Below are positions 1-11,233 of a DNA stretch of 64,000 nucleotides, in pieces. Numbering within the stretch: position 1 is the stretch's first letter; each line of letters opens with the position of its first letter. Under the pieces are notes generated by a model, which saw only the letters and a program-made list of their open reading frames with translations, was not told the DNA's origin and did no database searches. Both the position numbers and the translations under genes were made by a program. Location: NCBI RefSeq assembly GCF_006345805.1, contig NC_043024.1, positions 372,001 through 436,000 on the forward strand, given 5' to 3'. The DNA comes from Octopus sinensis (lineage: Eukaryota).

Positions 1-355
1 TAAAAACCCCTTGGAGGCAGTGCTGTAGCATGGCCACAGTTCAATGACAGAAAGCAAGTTAAAAGCTGAAAGAACCCAGGCAGGAGGAGGAAGAGGAGGA
101 AGGAGAGGAATAAGGATGGGTATGTGTGTGTATATATGTGTGTGTGTATCTATGTTAATGTGTGTGTATGTATCTGTATGTCTGTATATACTGTATATGT
201 ACATATGTGTGTGTCTGTATGTGTGTGCGTGTATCTTTCTGTTAGTCCCTCTCCACCACTTGACATCTGGTGTTGGTTTGTTTACATCTCCATAACTCAG
301 CAGTGAGACAAAAGAATTTGATAGAATCTGGTAGTTTTTTTCTGTTGATACTTAC

Positions 356-472
356 AGTTAACTGGTTTACTAAATGGTCCAATGCTGGTACAAAAAGTTC
401 CTTCGGTATATCAGGAGCAGAGAGTAGGCAATGGTCGAGACTGCCAGTCGCCACTTTCTGGTCGTTGATTAC
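356..472 (-). CDS. Probable internal exon of an unidentified gene running off the left edge
   Basis: ctgcag | VINDQKVATGSLDHCLLSAPDIPKELFVPALDHLVNQLT | GTAAGT; 117 nt of non-repetitive sequence, phase 0/0; the other two frames have stops. Confidence 0.6.
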
Positions 473-683
473 CTGCAGCAGATAAATATTTCTTAATAAG
501 TTTGTCTATACAAGTGTATATATGTTGTTATAGACACATGAGCGTATATAAGTACGCAGACTGTCATTAGACTGTGGCCGCAGTCTAATGACTGAAACAA
601 ATAAGAGATAATAGACAAACATTAAGTTGAAAAACGCTTTGGGATCGAAAAAGTTGACGGCCGTTGGTAGGACTCGAACCCAC

Positions 684-707
684 ATCTCCTGCAGACATGA
701 CAGGCAT
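684..707 (-). CDS. Possible first coding exon (MPVMSAGD) of the same gene
   Basis: ATG at 707, GTGGGT donor in phase 0 joining 356-472; lies in a CpG-retaining zone (about 620-860). Confidence 0.4.
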
Positions 708-1599
708 GGGGCAACCTTCGATGTCTTTTCTATCCAAAACGGTTTATCAACGCAATGTTTACACGATATTATTTATAGACTTTATTCGATGATCGATCTT
801 CGATTATTTCTCGAATCTTTATAAAATAATTTCGACGTCAATTGATAAACTTAATTTGTTGCTGTTTTAATTGGAAATACAGCAATCAAAAAATGAATGT
901 GCTACACTTTGCACGTTTACGTTAAAGATTATTAACTCCCCAAATAATGACAAGGGTTTGTTTTACTTACAAAAGAAAGAAATCGGCGAATTTTGTGAAA
1001 AACACGTTTTTGAAGCTCAGCCATTTTGACGATTCAAGGGAATTAACTCTGTCGGATCCAAGAAAGACAACTCATACTGACTTGGTGGTCCTTGTTCTTT
1101 ATTCTTCACTCGCGGGACCCGTGAATAGTTCACGGAATTAAGGGTAAACTTATTGGGTTATTATATCTGAAAGCTTTATCCAAAAAACCTGAAAGCGTAG
1201 CCTGTATTGTGTCTGTATCAAAAGAGAGTGGTTCCTTAGACAAATGGCTCAACCTTTCAGTAAAAAAGATCAGCTTGGTTTGTCTTTGTTAACACTGGAA
1301 CAGCTGGAAGCAGAAGAGATGCAGTCAAAACTGGAACAGTGTACTCAATACGTGTAAAAGAGGTGCCTGATTTAACAACTGCTGCTACTAGCCTCAAATA
1401 CCATTTGGGAATGAGTTGGTTTACAGCCACAGTCGCTTGTCACTTTATGCAAAGGAGGGATTGTGAAGGAGATGTAACAAGGATATCATGTCGTTGCAGA
1501 ACGGACCATATATCTGCAATACTTTAGCAAATCGATATTGTCTGGTCTTGTTCGGAGACGAGAGATTGTCAGTCTGCATGTCATATAAGAATTTTTTGT

Positions 1600-2010
1600 A
1601 AATATACATCTGTTAATCATTGAAAAGTGACAGATATTGGAATACAATGATCACGGAAAAAGATTAGTGAAAAAGAGAATACTTATGCTGAACTGTTGAG
1701 AAATCTGCAGTGACTCTATCCAGATTACAAGTTCAGGTTTGTACCTGTAATTATTGGGGCCCTAGGATATGTAACACACTGCCTCAATACCAGTCTTCAG
1801 AAATTAGGCTTCTCAAAGCCAGAAAGGAGAAAGCTGATTCGAAGACTACAGATCCAATCCATCACTGGAACTGTAAAACTTTCCAGAAGTTCATCATTTA
1901 AATATATATGAGCATGTCTAGATATGTAGCTATATGCATAAGAATACATACATAAAGTAAAACATGTAAATCTGCACATATACATTCATAAATACATACA
2001 TACAAACACA
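1600..2010 (+). mobile_element. 3' end of an R4/Dong-type (restriction-like endonuclease) non-LTR retrotransposon, decayed
   Basis: Reads YAELLRNLQ*LYPDYKFRFVPVIIGALGYV...LQIQSITGTVK, the typical RLE C-terminus. Confidence 0.65.
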
Positions 2011-2605
2011 GAGACGCACACACACACACACACACACATATGCACATACACACACACACACATACATACATACAAATCCTTCAAGAATCCATACAAATTC
2101 TTGGATCACTACCAAAATTTCATCATTTGTTCTTTGTGTCATTATCAAGTTTCATCAAATACTGATCACAACTTTTTGAGTTATTTTGCACACAGACGGA
2201 CAGACAAACCAACTTCCTTGGCAGAGGTAAAGATATAAAGAAAACAAGAACTAGATCGGCATTAATCAGGCAATTCTTTTTATTCCTTCCTTGAAACAAT
2301 AAATTTATATTCCAAAATGTTTGAATGCCTTTATTATGGTTTTGATTTACTGGTTTTTAAAAATGAACATAAAAACAAAATTTAAGGAATATAGCAAAAA
2401 TAGCAAAAGATCATAAAATATTAGTGTTTTTTAGTTTTTTTGTTGTTTTTTTGTGTGTCTTTTGTCTGGTCTTGTCTGATATAAAGTATCAAGTGGAATA
2501 TTGATATTTCTGGTGAAGTTTGTTATAAATTGCTTATACATGGTCCATGGTCATATAAGTAATAATAATCCTTTCTACAAAAGGCACAAGGCCTGAATAT
2601 GTGTC

Positions 2606-2659
<54 letters not shown>

Positions 2660-3262
2660 GTGCCCTGATGCAGTACCAGGCAGTGGCCATGCCCTGAAGC
2701 AGTACCAGGCAGTGGCTCTCATGGCTTCTGATCTTAACTGATTGGAAGTGTTATCATGTACATTGTTATGTCTTGGTATAAAAGATGGGCTACAGCAAAT
2801 ATTCTGCTCAATACCACAGATTTGCTTGTCAGTTGTTTGATCTTAATCAGTTGAGCATGTCCCTTAGTGGCTGATGATATGTGCATCTCTGATCACGAGC
2901 AGAAGTAGTGGGGGAGCATCGTAGCCATGTGTTGAGAGGGATTCTTTGGGGTTTGGATAATCCACCTCTGGAAACATGGGTGTTTCGTTCAACATCCTTA
3001 AACAACCCTTATTCAGGGACCTTTTGAGTGGGATGGGTTACTCAACCTGAAGAAAATTCTAACTTGGCTCTACCTGCAAGGTCATGTGCTGTTTATCTTG
3101 ATATGAGATCACCATGTCGCACACATATGGTTGTGATGCATGTGCCTGGTGTACCCTTATCAGACGGGTAGTCATGATGGGGATACCAAGCTTCGTATAT
3201 TTTACCCCAGTGTCACTTTGATGGCATGCACTGCTCTCTCACTCAATAATAATAATAATAAC
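2660..3262 (+). mobile_element. About 590-bp non-autonomous retroelement embedded in (TAA)n; second copy about 4578-5178
   Basis: Bounded on both sides by (AAT)n; no long ORF; 5' end has a roughly 29-bp direct duplication. Confidence 0.55.
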
Positions 3263-3517
3263 AATCCTTATACAGTATATTGCAGATCTTTTTTATTTTT
3301 TTTCCCTTTTGTTTTGCTTTTTAATTGAAAGAGAAAGACAACAATCATTACTTTTGTAAAGGTTTAGCATATTTGTGTGAGTACATGTTTGCATGTACGT
3401 TTGTATGTATGCATTTATGTGTGTGTGTGTGTGTGTGTATGTATGTGCATGTGTGTGTATGGCCGTATGCATATGTATGGATATATGTATCTATATGTGC
3501 AAATATGTATATATATA

Positions 3518-3656
3518 TATACGTAAATATAAGAGAGTGACAACTATGTGGTCGACTCTAGCACTAAAAATAGATCCGCTAAGAATCTATTTCAGCGGAT
3601 CTATTTTTAGTGCTAGAGTCAACCACATAGTGGTCACTCTCTTATATTTACGTATA
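3518..3656. repeat. Foldback palindrome with about 63-bp arms; duplicated at about 5434-5572
   Basis: tatacgtaaatataagagagtgac...agatccgct / agcggatct...gtcactctcttatatttacgtata. Confidence 0.9.
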
Positions 3657-3755
3657 AAATTTATTGTATTCCTGGTTTTTATGCACTAAGCCACTTGGTG
3701 TTAAATTGATGGTACTATTAATTAGTATCCAATTTTCTCACCCTTATTAGTTGAT

Positions 3756-3832
<77 letters not shown>

Positions 3833-5672
3833 GCAGGTGTGTATGTGTGTATTTATGAATGTATGCATGCATGTATGCACATATATATATTTGTGTGCAT
3901 GTATACATATACATACATCTGTTTGCAGACACACACACCACACACACACACATATGCACATACACACACACACACATACATACATACAAATCCTTCAAGA
4001 ATCCATACAAATTCTTGGATCACTACCAAAATTTCATCATTTGTTCTTTGTGTCATTATCAAGTTTCATCAAATACTGATCACAACTTTTTGAGTTATTT
4101 TGCACACAGACGGACAGACAAACCAACTTCCTTGGCAGAGGTAAAGATATAAAGAAAACAAGAACTAGATCGGCATTAATCAGGCAATTCTTTTTATTCC
4201 TTCCTTGAAACAATAAATTTATATTCCAAAATGTTTGAATGCCTTTATTATGGTTTTGATTTACTGGTTTTTAAAAATGAACATAAAAACAAAATTTAAG
4301 GAATATAGCAAAAATAGCAAAAGATCATAAAATATTAGTGTTTTTTAGTTTTTTTGTTGTTTTTTTGTGTGTCTTTTGTCTGGTCTTGTCTGATATAAAG
4401 TATCAAGTGGAATATTGATATTTCTGGTGAAGTTTGTTATAAATTGCTTATACATGGTCCATGGTCATATAAGTAATAATAATCCTTTCTACAAAAGGCA
4501 CAAGGCCTGAATATGTGTCTAATAATAATAATAATATAATAATAATAATAATAATAATATAATAATAATAATAATAAGTGCCCTGATGCAGTACCAGGCA
4601 GTGGCCATGCCCTGAGCAGTACCAGGCAGTGGCTCTCATGGCTTCTGATCTTAACTGATTGGAAGTGTTATCATGTACATTGTTATGTCTTGGTATAAAA
4701 GATGGGCTACAGCAAATATTCTGCTCAATACCACAGATTTGCTTGTCAGTTGTTTGATCTTAATCAGTTGAGCATGTCCCTTAGTGGCTGATGATATGTG
4801 CATCTCTGATCACGAGCAGAAGTAGTGGGGGAGCATCGTAGCCATGTGTTGAGAGGGATTCTTTGGGGTTTGGATAATCCACCTCTGGAAACATGGGTGT
4901 TTCGTTCAACATCCTTAAACAACCCTTATTCAGGGACCTTTTGAGTGGGATGGGTTACTCACCTGAAGAAAATTCTAACTTGGCTCTACCTGCAAGGTCA
5001 TGTGCTGTTTATCTTGATATGAGATCACCATGTCGCACACATATGGTTGTGATGCATGTGCCTGGTGTACCCTTATCAGACGGGTAGTCATGATGGGGAT
5101 ACCAAGCTTCGTATATTTTACCCCAGTGTCACTTTGATGGCATGCACTGCTCTCTCACTCAATAATAATAATAATAACAATCCTTATACAGTATATTGCA
5201 GATCTTTTTTATTTTTTTTCCCTTTTGTTTTGCTTTTTAATTGAAAGAGAAAGACAACAATCATTACTTTTGTAAAGGTTTAGCATATTTGTGTGAGTAC
5301 ATGTTTGCATGTACGTTTGTATGTATGCATTTATGTGTGTGTGTGTGTGTGTGTATGTATGTGCATGTGTGTGTATGGCCGTATGCATATGTATGGATAT
5401 ATGTATCTATATGTGCAAATATGTATATATATATATACGTAAATATAAGAGAGTGACAACTATGTGGTCGACTCTAGCACTAAAAATAGATCCGCTAAGA
5501 ATCTATTTCAGCGGATCTATTTTTAGTGCTAGAGTCAACCACATAGTGGTCACTCTCTTATATTTACGTATAAAATTTATTGTATTCCTGGTTTTTATGC
5601 ACTAAGCCACTTGGTGTTAAATTGATGGTACTATTAAATTAGTATCCAATTTTCTCACCCTTATTAGTTGAT

Positions 5673-5747
<75 letters not shown>

Positions 5748-5996
5748 GCAGGTGTGTATGTGTGTATTTATGAATGTATGCATGCATGTATGCACATATA
5801 TATATTTGTGTGCATGTATACATATACATACATCTGTTTGCAGACACACACACACACACACACATGCACACATTCATGCAACATATATACATGCATACAT
5901 ACATACATACATACGAAAATACGCAGGACACATATACACACATAAACGCACACATACATAAACACACACACACATGCATACACAGCAATCACACAA

Positions 5997-6200
5997 TCAC
6001 AAGAGACAGCTAACTCCTGAGCCTTGCAGATGCAAATCTTCATCTTTAATCAACTGTTTCTTTTGAGATTTGGCTGTTTTATCCTCCAATGGTGAACGAC
6101 GAAGTTCGTCTACGTATTGCCCTTCCAGCAGGTTGCTCCTCAGTCTTATGTTTTCAGTCTCAGGCTCTGCTTTATCAGTCAAAACCAGGTGACAAAATGG
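5997..6200 (-). CDS. ZSWIM2: ZSWIM2 terminal exon 12
   Basis: Strong acceptor ttctcctttcag; PFCHLVLTD...DLHLQGSGVSCLL then TGA at 5999-5997. Confidence 0.72.
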   Translation of the reverse strand, partial: PFCHLVLTDKAEPETENIRLRSNLLEGQYVDELRRSPLEDKTAKSQKKQLIKDEDLHLQGSGVSCLL

Positions 6201-9200
6201 CTGAAAGGAGAACAGAAGAGAATCAACATGTCTTATCTTTATCTCGGTTTCATTCAACAGTTGCTGTTCTTTTATCTATGAATACAAACCAACTAATTCC
6301 ACAATCTCAAATTATGTTGTACTGATGAGCCCATAACAAAGGTGAAATAGTACTTATGCTATCGGTCTCTTTTGCCGAACTGCTAAGTTATGGGGACGTA
6401 AACACACTACCATTGGTTGTCAATCAATGTTGGGGGGACAAACACACACATTTATATATATGTATATATATATATATATATCATCATCATCATCATCATC
6501 GTTTAACGTCCGTTTTCCGCGCTAGCACGGGTTGGACGGTTCGACCGGGGTCTGGGGAGCCAGGGGCTGCCCCAGGCTCCAGTCTGGTCTGGCAGTGTTT
6601 CTACAGCTGGATGCCCTTCCTAACGCCAACCACTCCGCGAGTGTAGTGGGTGCATGAGCTTCTTTCAGTTTCTTTCTACGAAATCCACTCACAAGGTTTT
6701 GGTTGGCCCGAGGCTATAGCAGAAGACACTTGCCCAAGGTGCCATGCAGTGGGAATGAACCCGGGACCATGTGATTGGTAAGCAAGCTACTTACCACACA
6801 GCCACTCCTGCGCCTGTGTTTATCAAATGTTTGTGTTGCACATTAGCTCACCCTCTCTCCATTGAATCGATGTTGCCTGAATAGGGGCACTGTGTGCCAC
6901 ACGTCAAGTGTTGAAGTGATCACACACATACAAATATACATATATGCACACACACATATATATACATGTGTGTGTGTATGTATATATATGTGTATGCACA
7001 CACACACACGTGCGTGTGCCTACACCCGGGTGGTTAGGAAACCAGCTTCTTGGCCCACAGCTCAAATAACCAACAGTTAATCACTCACATTGGTTTAATC
7101 TGATCTCCTCATCCCCCAAAATTAGGGGCCTTAGTGGTTAGGGTTAGAGACTAATGTTATTCGGTTGGTAACTGACTCACCTGAAGAATTTTACTGATTC
7201 CATTGTTGCCAGAGTTCTTGTCAGAATTAGAAACGGAATTTGCTGAATGTCTCAAGATTTTCTTTCTCACTGCCACAGGAATTTACATAAACAGTTATAA
7301 TAATAATAATAACAATCATAATAATAATCATAATAATAATATAGATTTAGGAAAAAAATGAATTACATTTTATGATAATTGTTGTCAGTTGGATTGTTCT
7401 TGTTATTTGTTTGTTATTGTTGCTGTTCTTATTGTTATTGTAACACTATGTATAGAACTATTTCATTCTTTTTAGAAATTTTCAGCATGACATAACCTGA
7501 GGTGTGTATTGGCTTGAGGAATAATTCATGAGCATTTTTTTCAAATTTAAAAATCCACACAGAAATAAAACGCATTGGCAAAATGTTTTATGTCATTTAA
7601 AAGAGAATTTTTTGCTCAAGAAGATGGTGTGTTTTGATTTTTTAATTTTATTGATTTTTGTGTATTTTCAGATCATTAAAATGGAATGTCAAGTGGACAA
7701 AACTGAGCATTTTCGACACCATTTGCTTTTTGCATTTAATTGAGGTGTTAAGGCGGCCGAAGCTGCTCATGAGATTTGTGTTGTGCATGGAGAAGGAGCA
7801 AAGCCTCAAAGTACTTCCTGCTGTTGGTTTTCGCACTTCAAAAATGGGAATTTTGACCTCAAGGTTGGATTACACACTGGTCAACCAATTGAGCTCAATG
7901 AAGAATGATTGAATCAATGTCTTCACAAAAATTCAGATCAAATAACGAGAAAATTGGCTGATCAGATTTTCATCTCTTTCGACCATTTTCGAATGCTGTG
8001 CACAGAGTGTCTTGTTCAATGATGATGTGGAATTGAGGCCTTGATTAGACGAATTCTTTGAGTCAAGACAAGGAGGTTTCTATTGCCAAAGCATCGAAAA
8101 ACTTATTGAACGATGGCAGGAAGTCGTAAACAACAATGGAGAATATATTATTGATTAATTTATATTTTTTTTGTTTAAAATAAATTTGAAAAGAACACTC
8201 ATGAATTATTCCTCAACCCAATATTATACAGGTAGGGGTCAAAGTAGGTATACAGTTGCTTAGTATAACTAGAATCTTCTTTCATTTCTCAATTTCTTTT
8301 TTTAGGAAAAGAATTCTATGATTTTATGTTGTTTTTAACTACTTCTTTCTGTAATAAAATAATTATTCCTAATTTCAGATATTTATTATTTGGTTGGAAA
8401 TTTGACCAATGATGAACAGCAATGGATCATCAAACTCTACTGAGAAACAGAGGAAGCAGAAATGGTTACACAGAAATCTACTGAACAATTTCAAAAGATC
8501 GGTTTTGTCAAGATTAACAGTTTACAGAATAAGTGACAAATTCAAGCAGATTGGGTCCATCTGCAATGCACAGAAAAGTGGTTGATGGTCAGCATTACTA
8601 TTGAAGAAAAGGAAATGTTTGTGGTTCAACCATTCACTCAAGGTTTCCAGAAATCAAAAAAGAAGGTTTCTAATGAATTAGACATCCTCCCTGGGTCCAT
8701 TAGTCAATTAATGAATTGCTTAAAAATAGAGAAATGAAAAGTAGATTTCACTCATATTAAGTGACTGTGTACCTACTTTTGCTCACACCTGTGTAGTAAG
8801 TTTTTTCATGAGGTTTAAATCAATGTTTTTATTTTGATATGGTTTTCAGAGACTTTATCAGCAGGCAATTTTAAATCTGATCATAGATGAAAGGGTTCCC
8901 TATCCCCTGATCTAAGAAGTGACTTTTCCTATGTTTCCACACAACAAGGACTTCCTAAAATAGTTGTACATAACCTTCTCTCAAGAAGTGATTCTGTCTG
9001 CATTATTCACAAGGAAAGGGTTTTTTAGGGGCCATCATGTTTAAATTTACTTTCAACTGCAACAACAGGAGCTCATAAAATTCTCCATGGACCCTACCCC
9101 ACATGTTCCAAGTGGAACATGAAAATTTAGAATAAATTTTTTGTCTTCATCAGTTGACAATTTAAAATTTTAATACAGGTGAGGTGGGTGTTCTCTGCCC

Positions 9201-10870
9201 CCTGATCTAAAGAGTGACTTTCCCTATATTTTCATAGAACAAGGACTTCCAAAAGTAGTTGTAAATAACCTTTCCTCTGGAGGTGACCCTCTCCACCTTA
9301 TTCATTAAGGACTCCTTTATGAGCCACCACATGGAGATTTACTCTTAACTGAAACAACAGTAGACCATAAAATTCCCGTGGACCCTACCCCACATGTTCC
9401 AAGTGGAACATGTGGCCCAAACCACTTGAAACATGTTGTAAACTGTTTTAAACTAGGGGTAGAGGTTTCTTTTGTGAATGTCAATTCTAGAGGGAAATAT
9501 GAGAATTAGATGATTGCCTCCTCATCAGTCCCCTGCCTCTGTTTGCAGTAAAAAGCTAAGGAAACAGATTCATGGAATTACCTCTAAGAGGTGGTAAAAC
9601 AAGTGACCTACGACGAGAGGACATTGCACTGTTGGGCTTTCTGTTTGACGGACAGGCATCCCCATTGGCAGCATTCAGCAGTTTGTCAGAATTACCAGAA
9701 GATTTCTGGTTTGGTGAAGAATTTCTGTGAAAAGAAGAAGAAAAGAAAATTAAATAATTGAATTGATGGTGGTGGTGGTGGTGATGCTACTGCTAGCAGA
9801 GGTGGTTCTGGTAGTGGTAGTTTTGATGGTGGGGATAGTGGTGGTAGTGGTGGTCATGGTGTTCGTCATCGTGGTAGTGGTGGAGGTAGTAGTGGTGGTG
9901 GTGGTAGTGTTGGTGGCATCAGCCTATGATCACATGACCTATACATGTGACATGTTGACTTACATGATCTGTGAGTGTCACATAACCCTTTGGCATTGAA
10001 ATCAGTCATATTTGACCAAAACATTTGCGAAAGGAACTCAGCCACTTTGTCTCTGTGAGGCCCAGCATTCAAAAGATGTTCTTTACGTGCCACCAGCATA
10101 GGTGCACTTGCCTTGATGGGTCCTCTCAAGCCAAAAATCTCAGTCAGTAGTTATTGCCTCTGTGAGGTTCAAAGTCTCATATCTTCTTGGGTCTACCTCT
10201 ACAACAAGTTCTCTCCACAGTGAGAGATCAGCACTTCTTTACACAGCTGTCCACGTCCATACGCATCACGTGACCATACCATCTCTTTTGCACACCACAT
10301 CTGATTCCTCTTATGCCCAACTTTTCTCTCAAGATGCTTACACTTTGTTGAACATTCACACTGACATTGCACATCCAGCGAAGCATTATTGGCTTCATTT
10401 CATTCAAAGTATATATACTATGGGCTTCTTTCTGTTTCCATTTACCAAATCCACTCACAAGGTTTTTGGTCATCCTGTGGGACTGAACCTGAAACCATGA
10501 GGTTGGGGAGCAAGCTTCTTACCACACAGCCACACCTTCACCTATGATTGGAGGTAAAATGAAGACCTCTGCCATAATAAATTGCAAAATAATTGAATGC
10601 AAACAAAATCAGGAATGAGGCCACAGAATCTCACCTGTTGGCCGACTTGATGGTCATTCCTGCAAGAGAGAGGTCACTGTCTGTGTCACTGGCCTTCAGT
10701 GACTTTGTTGCCGTGGTTACTGTCTTTTTAGTTTTTCCCAGGCCCAACTTGTGCTGACTCTCAGGATAAATGGCAAGTCCTGAAATATTCAGAGACAACT
10801 CTTCTGTCGGAGGTTCTTTCTTCTTGCTTTGGCTGCAACGGAAACGTAATAATAATAATCATACTAATAC

Positions 10871-10907
<37 letters not shown>

Positions 10908-11201
10908 CATCATCGTCATCATCATCACCACCAGCACTGGCACTATCAACACACGCACGCATGTACGCACACACACACACACACAAAGACATATACATAC
11001 ATACACACATACATACATACATTCATTCATTGATACAAACATACATACACACATACATACATACATACATACATACACACATACATACATACATTCATTC
11101 ATTGATACAAACATACATACACACATACATACATACATACATACATACATACACACATACATACATACATTCATTCATACATACATACATACATACACAC
11201 A

Positions 11202-11233
<32 letters not shown>

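Larger units (their letters stand above)
2020..5860. repeat. Near-identical tandem duplication, unit about 1.92 kb (about 2020-3935 and 3935-5860)
   Basis: Identical ORFs at 3140/5056, 3325/5241 and 3393/5309 (offset 1916). Confidence 0.95.

Noticed and set aside
1180-1570. Coding-looking stretch with scattered Cys/His/Trp suggestive of a PHD finger
   Set aside because: Needs several frameshifts, has no splice support and could not be assigned; probably an old TE remnant.
9763-9999. Hydrophobic poly-Val ORF resembling a membrane protein
   Set aside because: Translation of a (GTG/GTA)n repeat in a ZSWIM2 intron.
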